This document shows positions 17,128 to 26,653 of a stretch of 64,000 nt of DNA, piece by piece. Numbering within the stretch: the stretch's first letter is position 1; each line of letters begins with the position of its first letter. The notes under the pieces were generated by a model. It did no database searches, was not told where the DNA came from, and worked only from the letters and a program-made list of their open reading frames with translations. A program made the position numbers and the translations under genes. Where the stretch lies: the sequence record MT661596.1; one strand, 5' to 3'.

Positions 17128-18579
17128 ATGAATACTGGTGGTGTTGGTGCTTTTATTAGTGACCATGATGCAAACTTCAATATGTTGAAGAACCCACCTA
17201 TTATGGTGAATCGCTATGACTTGAATATAGAAGATGAACGAAAAGAACTTAATGAACATCTTCATACAGCGTATAACTCAGATATGTTTAGCACAATACC
17301 TCAGTGCCGGTGTGGTCATGAGAAAGGTGCGCATAAGCGAGGTAAGTTGTGTGTTCGTTGTAATAGTGAAGTAGCGCCCGTTACAGAAGAAGCAATAGAA
17401 TCGCACATGTGGTTAGGTAAACCTGAAGGGGTGGCTGCGTTCATTAATCCAGAAGTATGGGCTGTGTGGTTTGAGCAATTTGTTATAAAAGGATTCAACC
17501 CGTTTGAATGGCTTGCTGACCGTTCTTACAAACCAACCAAAGGGGGTGATTACAAGAATAAAGAAATCTATAAACTCGTTTCAAACCTAGGTTATAAACG
17601 AGGGTTAAATGAACTAATTAATAACTTTGATGATATTGCTAGAGCACTACTAACATCAGATGTGGTTGCTAGACACATAAGTAGTGCAGCGGCTTTACAA
17701 TCAGCAATAGATTTTTATAACAAATACCGTCATGTATTCTTTTGTTCGTATTTACCAATGCCGAGTAAACTCGCATTCGTATTAGAAACTAACGCAACAG
17801 GTCGTTATGCAGCACCAGAAATGAAATCAGCAATTGATGCTGCTTTAACAATTGGGTCAGCTAAACGTAAACCTGTCACTGTTAATGATTTCAGATATAA
17901 CGAATCTATCGCAATTAAAACAGTTAGACAGCTTGCTAAGTTTTACGAACAACACGATGCTAAGATTTTTGCAGGTAAACCAGGAACTATCCGTAAGAAT
18001 ATTGCAGGTAGTAGACTTCCATTTACAGCACGGTGTATCATCACGTCACATACCGGTAATCACGATATGGATGAGGTTGTTATACCAAGATGTTTGGCTA
18101 TCCCATTACTTAAACCTGCAATCATCAATCGATTAAGGGCACACGGTATCGTTAGTCCAGCTGAGCAACTGCGATTAATCCCTGCATCCATCAAACAACC
18201 TATCCCAATCATTGATAAGATTCTTGACGAACTTATTGAAATGGGTTACACGAATGCGATTACGCTGTTCATACTCCGTAACCCAACACTTAAATGGTTA
18301 TCCAATAGACGGTTCTTCTGTAGAAATATAAACAGAGACCCAGATGACATTTCTATCCGCATATCTACGCTATCTATAGCCAGTTCAAATGCTGACTTTG
18401 ATGGTGATGAACTAAACGTTATGTTACAGATAGATGAAGAAGCAATTAAATACGCTGAAGCATTTGGCTCGCATAACTGCGTTCTTGACGCAAACACCCC
18501 ACTTAAAGTAAATGGTGATATTGGATTACCAGCTACATTAATTTCAAACATTAACCGCTGGGCATATAGTCACGATTAA
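17128..18579 (+). CDS. non-virion RNA polymerase beta' N-terminal subunit (gp55-like)
   Basis: Zn-binding CRC...CVRC, RNPTL, catalytic NADFDGDELN. Confidence 0.92.
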   Translation: MNTGGVGAFISDHDANFNMLKNPPIMVNRYDLNIEDERKELNEHLHTAYNSDMFSTIPQCRCGHEKGAHKRGKLCVRCNSEVAPVTEEAIESHMWLGKPEGVAAFINPEVWAVWFEQFVIKGFNPFEWLADRSYKPTKGGDYKNKEIYKLVSNLGYKRGLNELINNFDDIARALLTSDVVARHISSAAALQSAIDFYNKYRHVFFCSYLPMPSKLAFVLETNATGRYAAPEMKSAIDAALTIGSAKRKPVTVNDFRYNESIAIKTVRQLAKFYEQHDAKIFAGKPGTIRKNIAGSRLPFTARCIITSHTGNHDMDEVVIPRCLAIPLLKPAIINRLRAHGIVSPAEQLRLIPASIKQPIPIIDKILDELIEMGYTNAITLFILRNPTLKWLSNRRFFCRNINRDPDDISIRISTLSIASSNADFDGDELNVMLQIDEEAIKYAEAFGSHNCVLDANTPLKVNGDIGLPATLISNINRWAYSHD

Positions 18580-18581
18580 CC

Positions 18582-18611
18582 CGGCATAAAGGGCTAGGGT
18601 TCACCTAGCCC
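18582..18611 (-). terminator. hairpin + TTATGCCG element, oriented opposite to flanking genes
   Basis: CGGCATAA then GGGCTAGG/CCTAGCCC. Confidence 0.5.
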
Positions 18612-18632
18612 AATAATAAGGAGTAATAACCA

Positions 18633-18866
18633 GTGCGCCCAATTAAACAAAAACAAGAGATGGAACTTAGTGAATGGTTCAGTATCATGTTCATTGTCAT
18701 TATATCAATTATCATTACTGTAGCCGCTCTATGCGTCGCCCTTACAGTTTCTGTTATTGCAATTTCAATTAGTGTTATTATCGGATTCTGTACTCTTGTA
18801 GTGTTATTCTTTACCGGTGTTTATGAAAGCATCTTAACTAAATATAAAAATCGTAAAAAGGCGTAA
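18633..18866 (+). CDS. small membrane protein
   Basis: 77 aa, long hydrophobic stretch, AAGGAG RBS. Confidence 0.65.
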   Translation: MRPIKQKQEMELSEWFSIMFIVIISIIITVAALCVALTVSVIAISISVIIGFCTLVVLFFTGVYESILTKYKNRKKA

Positions 18867-18868
18867 GT

Positions 18869-18949
18869 ATGACTTCCGTAATCATTACTGTGGTTCTAGC
18901 GCTATTATGCGGATTTGCTTGGTCAAAGACATCGGGGTTATTTAAATGA
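18869..18949 (+). CDS. 26-aa hydrophobic peptide (not in ORF track)
   Basis: MTSVIITVVLALLCGFAWSKTSGLFK; fills the gap exactly, ATGA overlap with next ORF. Confidence 0.45.
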   Translation: MTSVIITVVLALLCGFAWSKTSGLFK

Positions 18950-19551
18950 ATTACACAAAAGCAGATATTAACCATCTTAAGATGATAATAAACGACTCAA
19001 TTAACTCGTCACCTTACCCTTACAAGATACTACTGGTTACTAATCAGAAAGAAGCAAGACTCGCATTACACTACTTATATGGTCAAGTTGGCGATATGGT
19101 TTCTGAGGAAATCCTTGCAAACACCACCCATACAGTGACTAGAACAGTGGCGTCTACAGCGACACTGTCGGGTAGTAAAGGATTGGCGTATTTAGTTTAT
19201 ATAAGTGAAAATGCTGTAGGTGAGTCACCTAACGCATTACTTGAGTACCTGACACATGAAGTGTTCCATCTTGTCATGGGTATCTGTAACGCTATAAGAC
19301 ATAAACCTTTATCAGAGCAAGAACCAATGGCGTATTACACAGGGTCGATTGTTAATCAACTTATCTGTAAATACTACAATAGGGTGAATTATAATCTACT
19401 GTCTGTTCCTGGTGATATTGATGATAGATTAGTAGCATGTGGCGGTTATATGGCGGCTTCACACACGGCAACTAATGTAATTAGGCAACAAGAATCAGGA
19501 GATATCAACTTCTATAATGATGGTTGGCGTTCAACAAGTTGGTATTCATAA
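18946..19551 (+). CDS. HExxH-motif protein (putative Zn metalloprotein)
   Basis: THEVFH followed by EQEPMAY. Confidence 0.65.
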   Translation: MNYTKADINHLKMIINDSINSSPYPYKILLVTNQKEARLALHYLYGQVGDMVSEEILANTTHTVTRTVASTATLSGSKGLAYLVYISENAVGESPNALLEYLTHEVFHLVMGICNAIRHKPLSEQEPMAYYTGSIVNQLICKYYNRVNYNLLSVPGDIDDRLVACGGYMAASHTATNVIRQQESGDINFYNDGWRSTSWYS

Positions 19552-19555
19552 TAGA

Positions 19556-19565
19556 CCTATATTAC
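19556..19565 (+). promoter_or_regulatory. early-type promoter motif
   Basis: ACCTATATTAC. Confidence 0.65.
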
Positions 19566-19630
19566 CTATATGTAGTATAAGGTAACATAAATGGTTTATT
19601 TTATAAATGTAGTAAACAAGTGAGGTGTAT

Positions 19631-20257
19631 ATGGGAATGCTATCCGGCGGCTTCTCTGCAATGGGTTCATACATGACAGGTTCAAGACCGTCACAAACCG
19701 CTATGGACTATTTTAATAACCAATACCAGAATATAGCAGCAACTGTGTCAACCGCAGGTAATGCAGCTTTACAATCTGTGTATCAAGCAGCAGCAAGTAG
19801 TTTTAATAACCTAATTCAGTCAAGACCATGGGAATTAGCTGAAGCAGTCATTCGTCAAACGGCACATATCTTTGACCCTAATGTGATTAATGCACTATCT
19901 ACCTTAGCTGAATTTCAAACAGCAAAACCTGTCATGCGTCGTTGGGTGATGACTAACCCAACTATACGAACGATGTATCATAATCAGAAAGTAGAGGGTT
20001 ATGATGGTGAGTATGAAGATGCACAGCCTGGATTAGTTGGTGAGGCGCACTACGATTACCGTAGAGCAACAAACAGCATGGTGATGTTAAATGATACAGG
20101 CTGGTCTGCAACTACATGGCGCGAACAACTAGTCGCTGATGATGCAGAGTTAAGCTTCTTTAATAAAGCAGATATCTTCAAGACCTGGGATTCATTACTT
20201 GGGTTGGTTGAAACTCAAGAATACGACCCAACGTCTATTTATAATAGTCGCTTGTAA
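19631..20257 (+). CDS. conserved chimallivirus-type hypothetical protein
   Basis: About 208 aa; ATG 19631 has GAGG RBS; ends DPTS-like. Confidence 0.75.
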   Translation: MGMLSGGFSAMGSYMTGSRPSQTAMDYFNNQYQNIAATVSTAGNAALQSVYQAAASSFNNLIQSRPWELAEAVIRQTAHIFDPNVINALSTLAEFQTAKPVMRRWVMTNPTIRTMYHNQKVEGYDGEYEDAQPGLVGEAHYDYRRATNSMVMLNDTGWSATTWREQLVADDAELSFFNKADIFKTWDSLLGLVETQEYDPTSIYNSRL

Positions 20258-20268
20258 TTGTGAATATA

Positions 20269-20300
20269 GGGACTAGGGTAAAACCTAGTCCTTTATGCCG
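20269..20300 (+). terminator. hairpin + TTATGCCG element
   Basis: GGACTAGG/CCTAGTCC then TTTATGCCG. Confidence 0.65.
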
Positions 20301-20310
20301 AGGATGTATT

Positions 20311-20688
20311 ATGGCTAAATTAAACCTTAGTATTAATGGACTAAAATTAGTTCAGGTTAAACACCCATCAGAAGTTTTTAGGAAGAATCATCATTTGGTC
20401 ACTGTTCTGTATGGTGATAAACTCATCCATAACGGTGATGTTTGTCACGGATTAATGTTTAGGGTGGTTGGTGGGTTAATACCAGCCGAACAATTAGATA
20501 AACAAGAATTTCATAAATCAGTTTCTTTATCGTTAATGGGTAACCAGAAATACAAATATGTTAAATCCGTATCCGTTACTTCCAATGGTAAGGTATTAGG
20601 GTATTTTAACCAAACTATGAAAGACGACGTTATCTCATTCAAAACAAGTGATGAGCTTAAAAAGGAATACAATAAATGCCATTTATAA
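20311..20688 (+). CDS. hypothetical protein
   Basis: ATG 20311 with GAGGA RBS preferred over 20260. Confidence 0.7.
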   Translation: MAKLNLSINGLKLVQVKHPSEVFRKNHHLVTVLYGDKLIHNGDVCHGLMFRVVGGLIPAEQLDKQEFHKSVSLSLMGNQKYKYVKSVSVTSNGKVLGYFNQTMKDDVISFKTSDELKKEYNKCHL

Positions 20689-21020
20689 TTGTTAAAGCCC
20701 GTGAAGTAATTATCGACGATAATGTTACTTCATTCATTAAAGACCACTATCGTCAAGCTGCCACCATTGTTGATGTCTATATAACTGACAATACTGGTTG
20801 TGAAGATAAATACTACCTTGAGCTCAATGATGACTTAACCGCGACATTTATTGATAAACAAGGGAATTGGTGGTTTGGGAACATCAGCAGAAAGTATGTA
20901 AAAGAAATAAAAGACAAACTACTGCTTAAAAGAAAACCAAGAGCAAGTCTACGATTTGATTACCAGTTAAGAATCAATAAGGGTAGCTATGCTTATAACC
21001 GCGCCGTTCGCGATAAATAA
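20676..21020 (+). CDS. hypothetical protein
   Basis: 114 aa, AAGGA RBS. Confidence 0.7.
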   Translation: MPFIIVKAREVIIDDNVTSFIKDHYRQAATIVDVYITDNTGCEDKYYLELNDDLTATFIDKQGNWWFGNISRKYVKEIKDKLLLKRKPRASLRFDYQLRINKGSYAYNRAVRDK

Positions 21021-21127
21021 CGCTTAAGTTTTAGTTGCAGTTAATTTCAGACCTATATAACGGGAGTGATATAAGTATAAGTAAGACTAATATCACTCGT
21101 CTAATTAATAACCGTAGGAGATTTACC

Positions 21128-21607
21128 ATGGCTTCAATCAACATTCCTGAGTCTTTTGTTAAGAACATTCGTATTTACATGTACCGTTTAGATGTTAAAC
21201 GTGACATTACTGATGAGTTAATCACTCGCTATGCAGTTGGTGCAAAACGTGCTGGCTACAGACTTAATAGTAGAAGCGCAGCACTGTATGTTGTGGCAAC
21301 TATGAAAGCCCACGACATTAGCGACTCGCTAACTGCGGTGGATTGTCGGGATACAGCAGAACTTGTTGCTAATGCTTACATTAAGTTAATTAAACTGGAG
21401 GAATCCAGTGCATCACAAATTAACTTAATAGATATCCTTTCTGCTGAAGCTGCCAGTCTGTCTACTAAGAAACTAGGTATTCTTGGTAAGATGGGCGTCG
21501 CCCTTGATATCTTTAAAGAGGCAGTTGTTAAAAGAAACAAGGCAGCGGCTTTAAAGACATCACCAGGTAAGCAGATAGCTTTAGCTATTCTTAAGAAAGT
21601 TCACTAA
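21128..21607 (+). CDS. hypothetical protein
   Basis: ATG 21128 with AGGAG RBS; promoter-like ACCTATATAAC at 21051. Confidence 0.75.
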   Translation: MASINIPESFVKNIRIYMYRLDVKRDITDELITRYAVGAKRAGYRLNSRSAALYVVATMKAHDISDSLTAVDCRDTAELVANAYIKLIKLEESSASQINLIDILSAEAASLSTKKLGILGKMGVALDIFKEAVVKRNKAAALKTSPGKQIALAILKKVH

Positions 21608-21656
21608 TTCAAGGGTTGGGGTGTTCATACACCCCAAAAAATAGGATGACAATAAA

Positions 21657-21929
21657 ATGAGCCTATCTAAAAGAAGTTTAATTAGTAAATCAAAAAGCCG
21701 TTGTGTGTGGTTACTTATTAAAACAAAATACAGCATCAATAATGCGCGGTGGCACTTATCAGAAGCAAAGACCTATTACATGAAAAGTTGCACAGCAAAA
21801 CACTCGCCATACCCAGAAGGGTTGGTTGGTTATTACAACGATTTATCAAATAGCTCTTACGCTGAATACATTCAAGTTTTGAAACGTCGTAATAGTTTAT
21901 TAACTTCAAAATATATAAAACACCAGTAA
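21657..21929 (+). CDS. hypothetical basic protein
   Basis: 90 aa, AGGA RBS. Confidence 0.65.
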   Translation: MSLSKRSLISKSKSRCVWLLIKTKYSINNARWHLSEAKTYYMKSCTAKHSPYPEGLVGYYNDLSNSSYAEYIQVLKRRNSLLTSKYIKHQ

Positions 21930-21978
21930 CAACTAAATTACATCTGTATACAAATTAATTACCATTAAGGATTACACC

Positions 21979-22431
21979 ATGAATAAGTCAGAAGCAATTA
22001 TTGATATTAAAACTAAAATACAAGTAGCTAATTTATCGGTTTCTGTTTATGAGCCGCTAATTAAAGAAACTATCAGTATCTATTATTCAAATATGTTAAG
22101 TGATGTTAAACGTGATATTGCCATGGTTACTGAGCGTATTAATTTATTTGTTGATAGCGTTAACCCAACTAATGAAATGATAAGTGCATTCCATAGAAAT
22201 CAAGACCATATACTTTCAAGAATAGAAAGTAGAATAGCAATTATTAAAAACGCTTATAAACAAGACCAAGATACTTTAAATGAAATAGAAAGTCGTAATA
22301 AAGCCATCGCTGATAAAGCTGCCAAACTAAATAACACAATCACCAAACATAATAACGATACTGTTAAATTAGGAATTGCTCTGTCATTAGGCGCTGCAGC
22401 TTTCGCTATGTATAAATTAATCACACGTTAG
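21979..22431 (+). CDS. coiled-coil protein with C-terminal membrane anchor
   Basis: 150 aa, AAGGA RBS, hydrophobic LGIALSLGAAAFAMY tail. Confidence 0.7.
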   Translation: MNKSEAIIDIKTKIQVANLSVSVYEPLIKETISIYYSNMLSDVKRDIAMVTERINLFVDSVNPTNEMISAFHRNQDHILSRIESRIAIIKNAYKQDQDTLNEIESRNKAIADKAAKLNNTITKHNNDTVKLGIALSLGAAAFAMYKLITR

Positions 22432-22491
22432 ACACTCCTATTTATAACCCATCTATATACAAATTTAATAACCATCTAAGAGGTATACATT

Positions 22492-22644
22492 ATGTTTACA
22501 TTTGCAACTGATTTAGCTATCGTATTAGGTTTTGTTCTGTTCATCTGCGTTTGCTACTTAGGTCGCAAATGTTACAAAGATATCAAGGCAGAGTTCGAAG
22601 AAGAAACTCGCCCTCAGGCTGTCCGTAATGTCAACCGCCGTTAG
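22492..22644 (+). CDS. 50-aa membrane protein (not in ORF track)
   Basis: MFTFATDLAIVLGFVLFICVCYLGRKC...; AAGAGGT RBS; followed by terminator. Confidence 0.7.
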   Translation: MFTFATDLAIVLGFVLFICVCYLGRKCYKDIKAEFEEETRPQAVRNVNRR

Positions 22645-22654
22645 GTGGTTTTTT

Positions 22655-22688
22655 GAGAGCTCTCCTTTGGAGCTCTCTTTTTTTTTTT
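22655..22688 (+). terminator. intrinsic terminator
   Basis: GAGAGCTC/GAGCTCTC hairpin plus long T run. Confidence 0.75.
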
Positions 22689-22745
22689 GTTATTCTTTTT
22701 TTTTTTGTCTTTGATTATATGTATTGTTATTAAAGGTGACCCAAA

Positions 22746-23153
22746 ATGGCGAGAGAAAAGGTAATACCAACTATGTCAGTTGTTGGGTATGTTACAAACC
22801 CAATGAATAGACTTGACTACTTACTTGCGTATTGGCTGACTACACACTTCCATCAGTCGTACACTGCAAGAACCACCCTACATTCATTCCAATATTTAAT
22901 TCAACAGTATGACGGGGAACCTGATAGATTAGCTGCAGCTGTTTCACGCGATTTAACAGAATACCTAACACCGCACTTTGATAGTGCCGAGTGCACAGCA
23001 CTAGCGAAATACCCTAAAGGCAGAGCTAATACTAAGTTTTATCACCTTAGTATTGGGTTGACAGTAACTCAAGACGGTGTGGGTTACGATATTGTAAGTA
23101 AGTTCCTTGAAGTTAATGACGGTAAATTTAGAGAGATAACAGGTAAGCTATAA
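22746..23153 (+). CDS. conserved phiKZ gp62-like protein
   Basis: 135 aa; IPTMSVVGYV...LDYLLA start; synteny before SbcD block. Confidence 0.6.
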   Translation: MAREKVIPTMSVVGYVTNPMNRLDYLLAYWLTTHFHQSYTARTTLHSFQYLIQQYDGEPDRLAAAVSRDLTEYLTPHFDSAECTALAKYPKGRANTKFYHLSIGLTVTQDGVGYDIVSKFLEVNDGKFREITGKL

Positions 23154-23812
23154 TGACAAATAAAACTAATCAGACTGAACAGGTTCGTCGTCCTGTTAAC
23201 ATTCATTACGAAGCCGGGCGTCGTGGTGAAGCTGTTCTCGCTAAAACAATGGCGACATTCCCCAATAACCACCTACAAGAGTCTGTGTTCATTAAAGACT
23301 TTTTACCTGCGTTACTTGCAGGTAATGAACTACCACCTAACACAGGGTGGCCTAATGCGTGGATAGCAGTTGCTGGTTCAGTGCACGCTGAAGTAGATAT
23401 TTATCGAGGGGATGAATACCTATTTACAACACCACCTCTTTATAGAGAGATTGCAGCCGAGGTTAACCGAACTGAAACACCACAACCTAGTGCTATTTCC
23501 GCACCTCGTTCAAGCTGGTCTAATTTAGCATACGACTACCAAGACGCACAGTTTCCAGAACGTGTTGGCGCACAAATGCTTAACAAGATTGAAGAGCATG
23601 GTTTTGTGTGCTCAGCCGCCGACCACCTTGCTGCGTGGGATAAAGTCTTTCTTCGTTACGGATTGGACTACCGCATCATCCGCCGTGAAGTGCATAAACA
23701 CTACACAGGTGAGGATGTAAATATTGACAACTTCGGTATATCATCTGAAAGTAATAATTCCGTCAAGATGAATGTCGAGGTAGTGGAAAATGGAGACATT
23801 GAAGAGTATTAA
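23153..23812 (+). CDS. conserved hypothetical protein
   Basis: 219 aa, coupled to neighbours. Confidence 0.75.
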   Translation: MTNKTNQTEQVRRPVNIHYEAGRRGEAVLAKTMATFPNNHLQESVFIKDFLPALLAGNELPPNTGWPNAWIAVAGSVHAEVDIYRGDEYLFTTPPLYREIAAEVNRTETPQPSAISAPRSSWSNLAYDYQDAQFPERVGAQMLNKIEEHGFVCSAADHLAAWDKVFLRYGLDYRIIRREVHKHYTGEDVNIDNFGISSESNNSVKMNVEVVENGDIEEY

Positions 23813-24917
23813 CATACTTCAAACCGGTGATGTTCATTTTGGACACAAACGAACGCCAACACACAACATCATTCAGTCATTAAACCAGATGATGTATGTC
23901 GATAATAATTTAAGGGATGTGGACGCTGTTATTATTAATGGTGATTTATTCGATTCACTGTTGCCTATGCCACATCCTGATGCATTAGCTGCTCGGCAGT
24001 GGATGCGTAACTTTGTTTACCAATGTGAAATAAACAACACAATTGTCATTAGTTTAGAAGGAACCCCAGACCATGATTGGAAGCAAGGTTTGGAGTTCAC
24101 CGCGTTCGAAACGACCTGTGATATACGACATACTACAGAGTTAAGTATAGAGCGTATAGAAAAACTAGGGCTTACCATCCTTTATGTACCTGACGAGTGT
24201 AGAGCAACCCCAGAACTAGTATGGCAGGATGTCTGTGCACTACTGGCTAAAAACAATCTGGATAAAGTCGATATTGCACTTGTTCATAGTGGTTTCGATT
24301 TTCAGTATCCACCTGGGTTAGGTATTAAATCACACGACTCTTCTTTATATAGCGGTATTGTAAAATACGGTGTTTTTGCTAACCATGTTCATACCGCAGC
24401 ACAGTTAAAGAAGGTTTATGGCCCTGGGTCGTTAACACGACTTGCTCATAATGAAGAAGAACCGAAAGGTTACCACAAAATCAACATTAACCATGAAACT
24501 GAAAAAATGATTGTTCAGTGGATAGAGAATAAGCATGCATGGACGTATAAAGCATACGACGTGTCTGGTTTATCTATGGAACAAATTATTGAATTAGGTA
24601 GATTAAAAGCAATAGGTCTACAAGACGGTTCTTATGTTAGATTTGACTTTGGTGACCCTGTTGTAGTTCGCTCTGCTATTGCTCAGTTAGGTATTGAATT
24701 ACCTTATGTCATCTGGGAGATGAAGAAAGAGAAACGAAGCAAGCGAGAAGAGGATGATATCGCCTTTACTAAGGAACGATTCAACAGTCCTAGTTTAACC
24801 AGGGAAAATTCTATCGGAGTGATTACCGACTGGATAAACAGGAAGCGACAGGTAAGTGACGATACGATGAATAACGTTGTATCTGTTCTAAACAATGCAA
24901 TTAAAGAAGTAGGTTAA
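23790..24917 (+). CDS. sbcD: SbcD/Mre11-like metallophosphoesterase nuclease
   Basis: GDVHFG, NGDLFD, EGTPDHD, VH, NHVH motifs. Confidence 0.88.
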   Translation: METLKSINILQTGDVHFGHKRTPTHNIIQSLNQMMYVDNNLRDVDAVIINGDLFDSLLPMPHPDALAARQWMRNFVYQCEINNTIVISLEGTPDHDWKQGLEFTAFETTCDIRHTTELSIERIEKLGLTILYVPDECRATPELVWQDVCALLAKNNLDKVDIALVHSGFDFQYPPGLGIKSHDSSLYSGIVKYGVFANHVHTAAQLKKVYGPGSLTRLAHNEEEPKGYHKININHETEKMIVQWIENKHAWTYKAYDVSGLSMEQIIELGRLKAIGLQDGSYVRFDFGDPVVVRSAIAQLGIELPYVIWEMKKEKRSKREEDDIAFTKERFNSPSLTRENSIGVITDWINRKRQVSDDTMNNVVSVLNNAIKEVG

Positions 24918-24919
24918 TC

Positions 24920-25717
24920 ATGGCCGATAGAGTAATAGGTATGTTGCCGATATCTGTCGGCACGTCACTAGCAATAGAAGGGTTGATTGATAAAGGTGGA
25001 TTACCTATACACAACCTAGCGTTAAATATCGGTACGTTATTTAGAAATGCTTATCAGGCTTACGAGACTGATGACAGACCTAAACTAACTTCAGATATAC
25101 TTTATAAAGATGTACTGCAAGACTTAACAGGTATCTTCCAAAATTTAAAGAATATAAGTAAAGTAAAGGAACCTAAGATGGTTCCTTACCACTGCACCTA
25201 TGCCGGTCTAGCAAGAAGTTTCCCAAAGGCTAAGTTATGGACACCAACAACGGAGAAGCAAAAAGCCTATGCCGAATTAGAACGACTTACAACAAATAAA
25301 ATACTAACAGAAATGCGAGGTTATATTGAGCGCGTTGATTTTACGATACCAAAATCAACGACTAATACCTATGTAATCACACACCATGTTGTTGATTTAC
25401 TGACACCATCTGGTACGGGCGATGTCACATTACTTGAGTCACATACAGGTGCGCTAAAAGACAAAGAACTCTGGTACACTAAACTAACTAACGGAAATGA
25501 ACTTAAGAGAATACCCTTTAACAAGATGACGTTATCAGTATTTGGTGATAAATCCGTTAATTTTAAAGCTAATGGATTTAAGCTACGTTCAGCTGTAATG
25601 TCAACAGCCGAAGAATATAAGTGGACACCAATGACGACTCATGAGCGCATTCGATTAACACTTGGTTATCTTAAGGACAAAGAGTTAGCATCCGAGTTAT
25701 TATCTATGTTGGTATAA
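24920..25717 (+). CDS. conserved chimallivirus protein (possible nuclease fold)
   Basis: 265 aa; ISVGTSLA, TLFRNA, LLESHTG; synteny; fold only guessed. Confidence 0.6.
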   Translation: MADRVIGMLPISVGTSLAIEGLIDKGGLPIHNLALNIGTLFRNAYQAYETDDRPKLTSDILYKDVLQDLTGIFQNLKNISKVKEPKMVPYHCTYAGLARSFPKAKLWTPTTEKQKAYAELERLTTNKILTEMRGYIERVDFTIPKSTTNTYVITHHVVDLLTPSGTGDVTLLESHTGALKDKELWYTKLTNGNELKRIPFNKMTLSVFGDKSVNFKANGFKLRSAVMSTAEEYKWTPMTTHERIRLTLGYLKDKELASELLSMLV

Positions 25718-25781
25718 TCGAACATAAACCCATTATCATTTAGAGAAGTACATACCTTATTCGAATAAGTAGGAGTTTTCA

Positions 25782-26492
25782 ATGTCAAACGCTAAACGTA
25801 AATTTACCCCTCGTGAAAAAAGTTATTTGAGCGAGTTCACCCTTGGTATGCAAGGTCCTGTTCAAAATGGTGCACAGTTTCCAGCTGAGTTCCGAATGGC
25901 GTTTGCAGCTAATAAAGTCGCTATCCAAGTAGAAACAAAGAACCGTGATGCTAAAAACTTCGGTCGTTTCGAAGTTGTTGTTCCGTACATGTCGGCAATT
26001 GGTATTCTTAACACCATTGACTTGTTGATTCAGGATAAGAATCGAAACAAAGCACAATACCGTGTTAAAGACTTTGTGTTCTTTGGTCCTGGTAATAAAT
26101 CTGACGCACCTATGGTTAAAGGTACACTGACTGTTGGTCGCGATACAGAGGGTTGTTTGTACATTGGGTTGTCAGGTAAAGACATCACACCAATCAAATT
26201 CATCTTCTCCCTTAAACATGATGAACTGACCAACGACCAGGGCGAACCTGTCAATGCAGCAGAAATGGCAGAGTTTGCAGCTAAAGTATTTGTTGAAACT
26301 TATAAAGGATTGCTACCGGTGGTAATGGCACTTCATTATAAAGAACCTGAACCTAAAAATCCAGCAGGCGGTAATGGTGGACAACAGGGCGGTGGCAACA
26401 GCTATGGTGGTGGTCGTGGTAACAGTAATTACGGCGGTAGTCGTAACAACGCACCTGCTCCTAAAGACTTTGATGACGACATTCCGTTCTAA
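25782..26492 (+). CDS. SSB-like protein with bacterial SSB C-terminal tail
   Basis: G/N-rich linker then DFDDDIPF. Confidence 0.7.
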   Translation: MSNAKRKFTPREKSYLSEFTLGMQGPVQNGAQFPAEFRMAFAANKVAIQVETKNRDAKNFGRFEVVVPYMSAIGILNTIDLLIQDKNRNKAQYRVKDFVFFGPGNKSDAPMVKGTLTVGRDTEGCLYIGLSGKDITPIKFIFSLKHDELTNDQGEPVNAAEMAEFAAKVFVETYKGLLPVVMALHYKEPEPKNPAGGNGGQQGGGNSYGGGRGNSNYGGSRNNAPAPKDFDDDIPF

Positions 26493-26516
26493 GTTTAATG
26501 TGAATAACATTTAATA

Positions 26517-26550
26517 AAGCTGGGGTCTAACGACTCCAGCCCTTATGCCG
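26517..26550 (+). terminator. hairpin + TTATGCCG element
   Basis: GCTGGGGTC/GACTCCAGC then CCTTATGCCG. Confidence 0.65.
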
Positions 26551-26611
26551 TCTGTATTATTCGACATAAACAATCTAATATATAGGTGGATGAATTCAAA
26601 ATATTTACACA

Positions 26612-26621
26612 CCTACATTAT
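26612..26621 (+). promoter_or_regulatory. early-type promoter motif
   Basis: ACCTACATTAT. Confidence 0.7.
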
Positions 26622-26653
26622 CAGTGTGTAGAATGTAGATTAAGGAATGTAGC

